IMG/VR virus record: IMGVR_UViG_3300021254_000035
Location: 2,420-66,419 of that record
Length of the DNA stretch: 64,000 nt
Direction: 5' to 3' (one strand)
Source: a virus
Taxonomy: Duplodnaviria > Caudoviricetes
The position numbers and the translations under genes were made by a program. Below the pieces are notes generated by a model that worked only from the letters and a program-made list of their open reading frames with translations, had not been told where the DNA came from and searched no databases. Shown piece by piece: positions 26,105 through 36,600 of the stretch. The number at the start of each line of letters is the position of its first letter. Within the stretch, counting starts at the first letter, position 1.

Positions 26105-26424
26105 ACACAAGAAATCTTATTATCGTGTTGATTGTCTTTGTCGGAATATTTTTGATAACCATTATGCTCAAAACGAACAATCAAGAAAGAGCGACGATAA
26201 CAAAAAGTATATTCAATCCATATGTTTTTATGGATGGAGCCGATGTTATTCATTCTAATGCAAATTGCATTGGAATTGCTAAACCTACAAAAGACTTTAA
26301 GGTATTACCATTTATGGCTGATTCTGTCACTAAAGACAATCTCAGTAAGATTTGTTCACGATGTATTACAGAAGACCAATTCACATACCTTATTGAAAGA
26401 GCAGATAGCAACTCAATAAAATAA
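26101..26424 (+). CDS. Membrane-anchored protein with a putative metal-binding C-terminus
   Basis: N-terminal TM helix; H...C...CSRC. Confidence 0.55.
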   Translation: MNTRNLIIVLIVFVGIFLITIMLKTNNQERATITKSIFNPYVFMDGADVIHSNANCIGIAKPTKDFKVLPFMADSVTKDNLSKICSRCITEDQFTYLIERADSNSIK

Positions 26425-26446
26425 ATCACTATCACAGAAAATTACA

Positions 26447-26629
26447 ATGAATATAAATATTTTCCGCGCCACCCGGTCAAAGATCAGAAAAGCTCTCAGT
26501 GATTTTCATCCTGAACAATGGAACACAGAAGAGTTTCAGGGAATAGACCGTGATACGTATGTCATGCACTGTATCAGTTATAATTTGCTTAGTGATGGTA
26601 ATGAACATATCTTTTTTCTGCAAAGATAG
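26447..26629 (+). CDS. Small hypothetical protein
   Basis: 60-aa ORF co-oriented with the cargo genes. Confidence 0.35.
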   Translation: MNINIFRATRSKIRKALSDFHPEQWNTEEFQGIDRDTYVMHCISYNLLSDGNEHIFFLQR

Positions 26630-26747
26630 TATCATAGGGAATAAAAGCCCGACGATAAACCGTCCAATTACAGCTATTGAATATTTTGATATTATTATAT
26701 TAATTGTTATATTTGCATAAGGAAATGAGTAAAGAAAACGATTCTAG

Positions 26748-27006
26748 TTAGTAATTTGTTTACCAAAAAACAGAGTGAGTTAATAAATATCTGAAAACCA
26801 AATAAATATGAGCGGTATAAGTAATTCCCAAGCCGAGGGTCGCGGGTTCGAGTCCCGTTTACCGCTCTATATTGATAATCAGTTAGTTAGAGAGTTGTTC
26901 TAATGAGTTATCAGTGGAAATAATCAAGAATTTGAGATAAAAATTGGTGTTATAAAGGGGTTATTTGGGGTTATTCGGAAGGCGTTTGTTTAGTAGATTG
27001 TTTACC
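26748..27006 (+). repeat. Candidate integrase arm-type sites flanking the attP core
   Basis: TTAGTAATTTGTTTACC (26748-26764) and TTAGTAGATTGTTTACC (26990-27006), 15/17 identical direct repeat. Confidence 0.6.
26825..26867 (+). mobile_element. attP core: 3' half of tRNA-Gly(CCC)
   Basis: TT-CCC-AA-GCCGA-GGGTC-GCGGG-TTCGAGT-CCCGT-TTACCGC-TC: anticodon loop through acceptor 3' strand, no D arm, just upstream of the integrase. Confidence 0.85.
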
Positions 27007-27050
27007 TGTACCCTAAGAATCCATTTTGTTTAGTAAACAGTTAATGAATT

Positions 27051-28253
27051 ATGAAGATTCATATTTTGATAGATAATCAGCATGTGCATGAAGATGGTAC
27101 TCATGACCTATATTTCAACATCACAGCAGATGATGGAAAGAGATTCAGGATCAAGACGGATATCAGATGCACCCAGAAGCCAACAGGTTTGTTGTTCCCA
27201 AGAACAGAAAGGAATAGTGTTGCCAAGTCGGCACGACTGAGAGATCTCTATGACTTAGCTGAGGCTTTTGGTCTAGAAAACCCACACATGAGAAGTGACA
27301 GACTGAAAAACGAGATATCCATCATCATTAAAGGTAAAGGTGTTCATTCCAAAAGAGAGGGGAAGGTGTTTGCCGATTATGTTCTGGAGTTTGCAGAGAC
27401 AAAGGATAACTCCAGCACAAAGATCCTATATGAGCTTACATATAATAAGGTGAGGGAATATGATCCATCTGCCACCTTTGCAACAATGGATGAGGTGTGG
27501 CTGGAAGACTTTGAAAGGTACTACAGGAAAGCTGGCATGAGTATCAACGGTGTTGCTCAGCAGCTGAGAAACATCAGAGCCGTATTCAATTACTGCAGGA
27601 AGAGGAAATATACAAAGGAATATCCGTTCCTAAACTACAAAATAAAGGAGGAAAGGACTCCAGTTGACAGCCTGAGTGTTGAGCAGCTGAGGCAGCTTCG
27701 TGATTATCCAGTAGAAGCCTGGCAGAGAATCTACCGAGATCTATTCATGTTATCCTTCTACTTAGGCGGCATTAATGCTGGAGACTTACTTTTGTGCAAG
27801 AGCCTGAAGAATGGAAGGTTTGTCGAAAAGCGAAGAAAGACCGGAGAACTTATCGATGTACCTGTGTGCGATGAGGCTTTAGAAATCATTGAAAGATGGA
27901 AAGGGAAGAACTATCTACTGTGTGTAATGGATGGATACAAGGACTACCATGACTTTACCGCCAGATGGAACAGAGCTTTGAAGAAGATTGGCACGTCAGA
28001 AATCGTTCCTGACAAGACGGGGAAAAGAAGGAAGATTCTTTACCATCCTTTGTTTCCTGATATCACTACCTATACCGCACGCTACACATTTGCAAGCCTT
28101 GCAGCGAATGATTTGGAGATTCCATCAGAAACGATTGGCAAGTGCCTTGCTCATGCCTGGACTAAGAGCACTGTGACAGCAAGATACATAAGTGATGACC
28201 GAAGGAAGGTGGATAAAGCCTTTGAGAAAGTGATAAGATACGTAAGAGGATAA
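27051..28253 (+). CDS. int: Tyrosine integrase
   Basis: SAM-like domain (NGVAQQLRNIRAVFN) and catalytic region KRRKTG..TTYTARYTFAS..LAH..TARYI; next to attP. Confidence 0.9.
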   Translation: MKIHILIDNQHVHEDGTHDLYFNITADDGKRFRIKTDIRCTQKPTGLLFPRTERNSVAKSARLRDLYDLAEAFGLENPHMRSDRLKNEISIIIKGKGVHSKREGKVFADYVLEFAETKDNSSTKILYELTYNKVREYDPSATFATMDEVWLEDFERYYRKAGMSINGVAQQLRNIRAVFNYCRKRKYTKEYPFLNYKIKEERTPVDSLSVEQLRQLRDYPVEAWQRIYRDLFMLSFYLGGINAGDLLLCKSLKNGRFVEKRRKTGELIDVPVCDEALEIIERWKGKNYLLCVMDGYKDYHDFTARWNRALKKIGTSEIVPDKTGKRRKILYHPLFPDITTYTARYTFASLAANDLEIPSETIGKCLAHAWTKSTVTARYISDDRRKVDKAFEKVIRYVRG

Positions 28254-28314
28254 ATACTATAATAGTTTAGAATTGGTATTGTAATCATATTATTGAGGTC
28301 AACAATATGATATT

Positions 28315-28355
28315 AATAACGGGTGATGAAGTCAGGTTCTTTCTCACCCGTTATT
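28315..28355. terminator. Terminator between convergent int and small-terminase candidate
   Basis: AATAACGGGTGA/TCACCCGTTATT 12-bp inverted repeat. Confidence 0.6.
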
Positions 28356-28739
28356 GATAATGTTCAGCGTCTGTGCGTCGATCTTGATATCTGCTTTATC
28401 GTATTTTCCGTTCATATCTTTGATGTATTGTTCTGTAGATATGTCACGATGAATGTCTGCATTGATCGTTGTGTTTGAGTATCTAGGAACAACAAATGGA
28501 AGGAAATGCGCCATAGCTGCAGCCCTGTCGCTTGGATCTTTGATATTGTCTATAGTCTTACCAATGTCTTCCAGCCTTGGCAGCAGCTGTTCTTCGAGTA
28601 TCTTTCGGATACTCTTTGTAACCTTGTTTTTAGATCCTTTTTGTCGGCCACCTATTTTCTTGTGACCTTTTTGGAACCCTTTTGGAGATTGAACAGACTT
28701 ATCAGCGTTCAATTGAGTCTCATTTTTCTTTCTTGGCAT
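28344..28739 (-). CDS. Terminase small subunit candidate
   Basis: GFQKGHKKIGGRQKGSKNKVT motif typical of small terminase/gp3-like proteins. Confidence 0.6.
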   Translation of the reverse strand: MPRKKNETQLNADKSVQSPKGFQKGHKKIGGRQKGSKNKVTKSIRKILEEQLLPRLEDIGKTIDNIKDPSDRAAAMAHFLPFVVPRYSNTTINADIHRDISTEQYIKDMNGKYDKADIKIDAQTLNIINNG

Positions 28740-28805
28740 AGATTCATGTCTTTGATTTGCCGACAAAGATAAGAGTTATCCGCTTAAATTCCTAATTTAA
28801 GATTG

Positions 28806-28847
28806 GGAAATTTATCATTAGAGCGCGTTTTGGTTGGTTTATCTTTG
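28806..28847 (+). promoter_or_regulatory. Late-type promoter A (ejection protein operon)
   Basis: GGAAATTTATCA-N22-TATCTTTG. Confidence 0.7.
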
Positions 28848-28878
28848 TCTTTGTAATTAATTACAAAAATATTCGAAT

Positions 28879-29406
28879 ATGGGAATGATAGGTGGTATGG
28901 CCGGGGCTGCAGGAGCTGGCACGGCTTCGATTATCGGTGGAATTCTAAGCTCCAGGGCTGCAAACAAGGGCTACAAAGAAGCCTTGCAGCAGTATAATGA
29001 TCGGCTTGATCAGATACGTGCTCATCGTAACAATCTATATTATCAAGATCCGACGCAGAGCGCAGAGAGTCAAGCAGCTGTAACCAATGCTCGTGAACTG
29101 TTGAATGAGCAGGCCAAAAGAACAGCTGGAATAAATGCTGTTGCTGGAGGAACAGACGAGTCGGTTGCTTTACAAAAGGAAGCAACTGCAAGAGCTGTTG
29201 GCAATATGCTGCAGCAGCAAGCAGTTGAAGGAGCTGCAAAGAAAGAAGGGATATGGGACACTGCAGATCAGCAGATCAACCAGTTTTCCAATTATATTGC
29301 TCAGACCAAGCTGAACAAGGGGCTTGCAAAGGCCAAAGCCCTATCAGACACAGCGCAAGGAATTGCTAAGTCGCAGATTGAATTCGGAAAGTCAATGCCG
29401 TGGTAA
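28879..29406 (+). CDS. Internal virion/ejection protein 1
   Basis: Gly/Ala-rich N-terminus and Ala/Gln-rich helices; first gene of the operon. Confidence 0.6.
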   Translation: MGMIGGMAGAAGAGTASIIGGILSSRAANKGYKEALQQYNDRLDQIRAHRNNLYYQDPTQSAESQAAVTNARELLNEQAKRTAGINAVAGGTDESVALQKEATARAVGNMLQQQAVEGAAKKEGIWDTADQQINQFSNYIAQTKLNKGLAKAKALSDTAQGIAKSQIEFGKSMPW

Positions 29407-29420
29407 AAAAGGAGGTGACT

Positions 29421-30623
29421 ATGGCATATTTAGAGAGAAGATACAGAGCTGCGGCAATGCCACAGCCTACAGAACAAGATGCAGGGGAAGTGGTAAAGCC
29501 AGATGGCGATCCGACTAAGCCAACCACTATCACCCAAGAGCAGCTTGATGACATATTAGGCAGGAATGGTTCGTACACAGAAGAGTTCCAGCCGCATGCA
29601 AGACCTGTGGGAGAACAGTTTAAGGCACAGAAATCAATGGATCTTGCAGGAGCTGGAGGAACGGGTGTAGCGGTACAACCGCAGGCTACTGAACAGAATG
29701 CAGGAGCCGTTGTTCAGCCTGTAGGAAACAAGGCAGGAACAGGATCCAGACCATACCTTGCAGATTGGAGCCAGGGGTTTGATACGGTGATGTTTGGAAG
29801 GCCTGCAGTGGAAGGCCAAGAAGAGGTAAAGGCAAAAGATATTCCCATTACTCAGGCCATTGTTGATTATAACCGATGGGCAAAAGAGAATAATGGAGAG
29901 AAGCTTGATCCATTTACTCTATATCCGCTTTTTACCCAATACAACGATGTCACGAAGAGTATTGCTGACAACAAGAAAGCTGAGAAACGCAAGCAGATGG
30001 AGGATATGTTTGAGCAGCTTGGTTATCTTCTTACAAACACTGGCAACTTTGTAGGTGCCGCACTTGGTGCGCCCGCACCAGCTAACGCCCCTGATAGTGT
30101 AGAGCTTACCGAAAGGCAGCGTAAACTTCGGGAATATGCTGATGCACAACGCAAGGCCACAGCCAGGGATTATCTTGCCTATCTTAGACAGCGTGATGCA
30201 GACGAACGTGAAGCGGCGATGTTACAAGAAAAGCTCAAATACGCACAGCAACAAGCACTCTATCTTGCCAACAAAGACAAGAGGGAAGATGCTTACAATA
30301 ATTCCAGGATCAAAAAGACCGATGCTGATAGGGCAGCTGTAGAAGCTTTGACTCCTGAGCGCGTGAAAACCGAACAAGGGAAACAAGGCATTCAGCAAAG
30401 TACGATCAAAAAGAATAACGCTTATGCTGTAAAGGCATCAAGTGGCAGTAGCTCTAGAAGATCGAGTGGTGGAAGTTCCAGAAGATCAAGCGGTGTTCCT
30501 GAAGGTTATGAAAAGGTAACCGAGAAAACTGGTGATAGAAAGAACAGTCGCACTGTGACCTACACGCAGAAGCGTACAGGCAAAGGAAAACCTTACGGAA
30601 AGAGTAAGGGTAGAGGATATTAA
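29421..30623 (+). CDS. Internal virion/ejection protein 2
   Basis: Coiled-coil protein with a basic Ser-rich tail, directly before the giant gene. Confidence 0.55.
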   Translation: MAYLERRYRAAAMPQPTEQDAGEVVKPDGDPTKPTTITQEQLDDILGRNGSYTEEFQPHARPVGEQFKAQKSMDLAGAGGTGVAVQPQATEQNAGAVVQPVGNKAGTGSRPYLADWSQGFDTVMFGRPAVEGQEEVKAKDIPITQAIVDYNRWAKENNGEKLDPFTLYPLFTQYNDVTKSIADNKKAEKRKQMEDMFEQLGYLLTNTGNFVGAALGAPAPANAPDSVELTERQRKLREYADAQRKATARDYLAYLRQRDADEREAAMLQEKLKYAQQQALYLANKDKREDAYNNSRIKKTDADRAAVEALTPERVKTEQGKQGIQQSTIKKNNAYAVKASSGSSSRRSSGGSSRRSSGVPEGYEKVTEKTGDRKNSRTVTYTQKRTGKGKPYGKSKGRGY

Positions 30624-30649
30624 CACATAAAACCGAATAAGAATCCAAT

Positions 30650-33600
30650 ATGAACAACGATAATCTACGTAACCTTTACAAAACGTTTGAAAAAGAAGGC
30701 TATGAGATGCCTTCATACGAAGACTTTGAGAAAGACATGCAGGACGATAACAATCTGCATGATGCGTGGGAAACCCTCAAAGGTGATGGTTACGAACCTC
30801 CAGAGTATGACACCTTCAAGACCGATATGGGATTTGGTGCCGCGCCAGAAGCGCAGCCTGCTGAAACCGTATCAGTTTCAGGGCAGGGAACGCCACAAGT
30901 GAACTATAGTCAAGCTGTGTATGATCGTTACGAAAACCAGGTGCCAAAGCGTACAGGTAACAATGATGCGGTAGTGCAATCGCTTGATGAGATAGCCGCT
31001 GAGATGGAACGTGAGAAGCCTGGTAGTAGTAAGCCTGGATTCTTTGAAGGAATGAGTTTTGAAGGAATGGGTAAGCAGCTAAAGGAAGGTGGAAAGAATG
31101 TCATTGGCAAAATCCTAGGCTTCTTCGACAACAAACAAGATAAGGGATCGATAGGAAATATGGAAGCCGCTGCCATGCCTACGGAGGAACAGATGGTGCA
31201 GCATGGTGGAAGTATTGGTTATCAAGCTGGAGAATCAGTAGGAACTTTGGCAGACACAGCTGGTACTGGTGCTGTTGTTGGTAATGTGATACAAAAGAAC
31301 GCACAGCCTGCATTCTATGAAGAACAACAGCAGAGAGTTGATCCTGCAAAGCCACTTGTTGAACAGGAGTTAATGAATGATGACAGAGGCTTTGGTGAGT
31401 TCATGCAGCAGGGAATAGATCGTTTCAGAAAAGGTCAACAAGAAACAGATCCTACTTTAGACGATGAAGGTAATCAATTGCAAATACCTTTGTACAATCA
31501 AGAAGCAGCTCTTAGAGGTGATATCCAGCGCATTGATGCTGATGTGATGAGGAAGTTCAACGAAGAGCTTGCAAGTAACAAACAACAGGCTGGCGAATAC
31601 ATGCGCAACACACCTGGTAATCCATTTGCACCTACTGAAGTAAACTTGATGAATATCGGAAGGGAAGCCAACAAAATAGCGGATCCTTCAAAAGCCATCG
31701 AGTCAGCCATCAAGTATGCTGATGAACAGACAAAGGACATGCCTGATGAGGTGAGATACCAAGTGATTGAAAGCCTGTTAGGGCAGATGGAAGAGCAGCT
31801 GATTAATGAGCGTATTCCTTCAGGAACTGCAGAATATGTATTCTGGAGAGGATTCAAGGACAGTGACCTTGGCAGGATTATGTCATCGGTTGTTGATACC
31901 AACTACGAGAAATACCTTGATCAAGTTGCTGCATCCCGTTACAAGGCAGGATTCTGGGAAAATCTGGGTAAGGGAGCAGTAACACTGGCCAGTGACATGT
32001 GGGAATATGTACTTCCCGCAGGAGCTGCAGGAAAAGCAGGTAAATGGGCAGGGGGAAAGATCTCAGGAAGGATCATGAACGACCTTATTCGTAGAGGCGT
32101 TCCCAAGTCGCAGGCTGCAAGGATAGCTGAGCGATTGACAGCCAATAGTGTAGGTAAGAGTATTCTGCAGCATGGAGCCAGCAATGCAGTGACCTTTGGT
32201 ACTGCAGGAGCCATCAGTGGAGCTGTTGAGGGATTGACAGAGCCTGCAACGGTTGACGGAATGAGTATTGAGCGTGCGCGTATGGAGAGAGATATGCACA
32301 TGCCCGATCCAATATTTGGAGTTGACCAGCATGATGCCCTTGATGCTAAGATCAAAGAAGCTGAAGCCGAACAGTACAGTGCCAAGAATCTGTTTGGTAA
32401 GATATTTGAACGTGCCGCATGGGGTGTTGGTACTGGTGTGGCCACCAGCTTTGGTGCACCTCTAGGTGAGATCATCGGCCATGGCCGTGGTGTGGCAGGT
32501 AAGATTCTTGGTGATGCCACCCGCTTAGGAGTGAACGCTACCGCCATGACTGGAGTAGGTGCATTGGAGCAAGCTACCACTCCTGGAGCGCAGCCGTTGA
32601 CATTTGAAGATTTGTTGCTGGCTGAGGCTAACAACCTTCTTACCTTTGGAGCATTAGAGGCAAGAGGTATCTACAACCGAGCAAAGAACTATCGCAACAT
32701 CCAGCAGTTTGAGAAAGCATACGACATTACAGATGCTGACAAGGCGAAAATGAAGGATCTTGGCTATGGTGACATGCTTGATGCTGTTGAGCAGCTGACA
32801 ACTGGTAAGACTGCAGGAGCGCAACCGGCAGAAAAGAAACCGAATGTCATCACAAGGCTTGTGAACGGTGAGCGGGTGTCGGAAGTGAAGATGCCACAAA
32901 CCAAAGAATCCAGCGGAGTTGATCAAGTGGAGTCACAGAACCTGAAGAATGGTTTGCAGCAGCTTGTGAATGACTACAACGCTGGTAGGATCAGCGAGGA
33001 AGAAGCCCGTAAATGGTATGGGCTGATTACTGGTGACTATTCACAGCAGTTACAGCCGATAACAGGTGTTTCCCAACGTACAGACATTTCTCCTGAAGGG
33101 AAAGTGCAGCACTTTGTTGACTATCTCGATGCTCAGGGCAGAAGAGTACGTACGGTTGAGGCAAAGACCGAAGAGGAGGCCAAGCAGCTGTCGGATGACT
33201 ACCGCCAAGAAGCACAGCTTAACCAAATTTCCGCTTTGGAGGATATGGTGACGGATAAGGATGTTCAGGAGCATTTTGCCGAAACAGTGCGCAGAGACTT
33301 CGGTGGATCGTCAGGTTCCGAAACTGAAGGAACGGAAACAATAAGTACAGGTGGAGTACGTGAGAAGATCGACCGTCTTAATGATCTTCGTGCCAGGAAG
33401 AAACTGCATGAGATGGGTGAAGGTAAGGCACTGACCGCCGAAGAAGAACGGATGCTTGAAGAAGGATTAAGTACCTATGAGCGTGATGTAGCCAACATCT
33501 TCGGACGAGAGGATCAGTTGCAAGAAGCATTGCAGAAGCAAGCTGAAGGCGGTGATCTGTTACCATACGAAGAATCGTTGATCCAGTCGGCACAGAATAT

Positions 33601-36600
33601 ATACAGGAATCATGCTGGCCATAGCAAGGCAGCAAGTGACTTTGCCCGTGAGTTTGAGAAGCGCAACGGTATGGAAGAAGGAACGCTTTCACAGATCTTG
33701 GAAAAGAAAGATCGTAGTGAGGCAGAGCAGAAAGCCGTTGATGACTATGTTACCGACTTGCAGGAATATCTGAGACCGAGAACGGAGCAGGTAGAGATTG
33801 AAGAAGCTGGAAATCCCACAACTAATGCGACGGAAAGCGTGGTTGATATGGCACCAGGTGTAGAACCGCCAACTGAAACGCCCGCTGGAGATGCAGCACA
33901 AACAGCAGTTGCTAGTGAGGCATACAGCAAAGGCCAAGCAGCTGTGCAGGCTAATGACGCTGCAGCCATGAGAAACATCGGCTATGAGATGCAGAAGGCC
34001 GACGCGAGAATGTCTAAACTGTTTACCGATGATGAAGCCAAGGCTATTTATGATGCTGTTGAGAGTGGTGATGAGGAAGCTTTGGCTACTGTAACACAGA
34101 AGCATACTGAACCAGCTAAGCTGGATGCTATTGAGAAATTAAAGGAAGCCCATGATGCCATGAGAGGTATTGAGGATGCTATCAATGATTCATACATTGG
34201 TAATGATGAGGCTATCCGCGCAGAGATTGAGCCTTATCAGAACGAGCAAGGGGAGATTGTGTTCTTGAAGCTATCAAACGGCAGCTCTGTGTATTATGTT
34301 TCTGGTGACCTTAACAATGCTTATGGTACTGTTATGGTTGCCTATACGGGCGAAGATGGATCTGTTCGCCATGCTCAGGTTCCAGTCAAAGAGATTACTG
34401 AGACAGGCACACCTGTAGGTATCGATGACTACGTTCAGGTTCGAGCCGAGATGGATAGAAAAGTGGATGATGAGCGATACAAAGGTATTATCAGCGGCAC
34501 AGAACTTAGAAAGGGTAATCAAGTTGAGCTTACAATGGGTAATACAACTGGTGTGTTTACCGTAGATGGGTTCTTTAGTAATGGTGATGTGCAACTGAGA
34601 GATGAAAACGGTGGTGTCATACGCATGACTAAGGATGAGGCTTTGGAAATGATGCAGGCCACCGAAGATAAGCGCATTAATCAAGATTTGGCTGATGAGC
34701 AGGCAGCATACAAGGAGGCTGAGCGAGTTAGGCAGGAGGAAGAAAAAGCCCGTTTGGAAGCCCAGCGGAAGTTTGAAGAGGAACGCCGAGGGAAGATTGC
34801 CGAGATCCAGAAGACTGTTGTTGATGAAGCTGCGGCACGACCACAGCCTACTGAACAAAATGAAGAGGCTACTAAGTGGAACGGGCTGGCCATTGCCGAT
34901 GTTGCCGATGCTGAAGGTGTGAGGAAGTATCTGCTTGACAAATATGAGAGCGAGGCCGATGCAGACACATTCATGAATGAGCAGCGAAGGATCCTGAAAA
35001 GTCACCAGCGCGATGAGATTCAACCTGAGATAGACAAGATTCGCAAGCAGCTTGATGATTATACAACAGGTAAGGTTGAGCTTAGTGATGAAGAGCTGAC
35101 CGGCTTAATCACTCAGTTGTCCGGGTGGGAAACTGAGCAGAACCGTTTGAACGGTGTAGCTGAAGCCTTGAAGGATATCTCTGATGCTTTGCCAAAGACA
35201 TACGCTGAGCGTAATGCAGATGTCTTGAAGAATTCTACTCCTTATGAGCAGCGAATGGCCGAGTTATCCAAGGCAAGGACAAACGAAGACAAGGTACGTA
35301 TTGCCAGAAAGCTGTATGGCAATGATCCTGATGTTGGTACATTGTTTGATGATCTTGATGTTCCTGCAGATGCGACGGAGCTTGTATCGATGTTCCTGAA
35401 ACCGAGAGTGCTGAGATGGGAAGGTGTTGATCAGGGAGGTGTTCACCTGAGAGGTGTTGAAGACGAGCTGGGTAAGCACATGAAGCGAGGTGTTGGACGC
35501 AACGTTGACAGTAACAACATCAATACATTCCTTGCCGCCAAGGGTGAAGGTAAGACTGTTGACGAGTTTGTTCACGACATTTGGGAATCGCCAGAGAACC
35601 ACCCTGTTGGAGCGGAAGAGAAACGCTTTGACGATACTGAAATCCGAAATGCACTTATTAACCTTCTTCTCTCTGCCAAGAATCCGACTGAGATCAGAGA
35701 TTTGATTATTGATGGAAGGATTGCCGAAGCAGAAAGGATTTTGAAAGAAGTTCAGGACAGAGAAGAAGAGTATGAAATGCAGTCGTGGGCTGAGTCTTAC
35801 CATCTCCCTGCATCGGAAAGAGAAAGCTATGAGAGTGAATTGTTACGTGTCGGTGAAGAATATTCTTCGCTCAGTGATGATGATATTCAGAAAATTAATG
35901 CTATCTTTGCAGAACAAAACGAGTTAAGAGATGAACAAAATCGAAGAAGCCAAGAAATGGATCGCCAGCCTATCGTCGCAGGAGCTGGTGGAGAAGGTTC
36001 AGGAGGCCAAGCAGAAGTACAGCGACAAGGTGCCGAAGCTGATGTTACGAAAAATCAAGGAAGGCAAGTCAACAGAGAAGGAGAAAACCTTACAGATGGC
36101 ACAGCTGTTCCTGGTTCAGATGTGGCTGGAGGAGCACAAGGAGAATTTGAGCGATCAATAGACGAGCTTGGAAGGATAGAAGAAGAGTGGAACGATAAGA
36201 TTTTAGACTACGTTTCGCAGCACTATCCGACGCAGGCTGTTGTATCAGCGCAGACTAATTCGCCCAAGGGCAAGGCTGAACGCAAGGCCATGCTGGAAGA
36301 TCCTGTTTATCAAGAAATGGTACGCCAGCAAAAGGAGGCGTTGGATGCAGCCGACAAGAAGGTTACGGAAGCATACAAGAAAGAGGAGGAAAAGCAAGCT
36401 AACTTGAAGCCTAAGACGGAGTTAGAAGATAATCAAAACTACTCCAACGAAGAACGAAAAGCACTACAGTATGTTGATGGTGAGAGTATCGACGAATACG
36501 TGAAGCGTAACGATGGTATTGCCATGAAGGAAAAGTTGGAAGAAATGTATCTTCGTGGCAAGTATGGTGATCAGTGGAATACGATTGAAGAACTGTTCAG

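Noticed and set aside
26810-26870. Functional tRNA-Gly gene
   Set aside because: D arm and the 5' anticodon-stem strand are missing; it is the att core only.
28764-28800. Fifth copy of the late-promoter motif upstream of the small terminase (also 59150-59194, minus)
   Set aside because: A -7 box is present, but the upstream element is degenerate and not at the 22-nt spacing.
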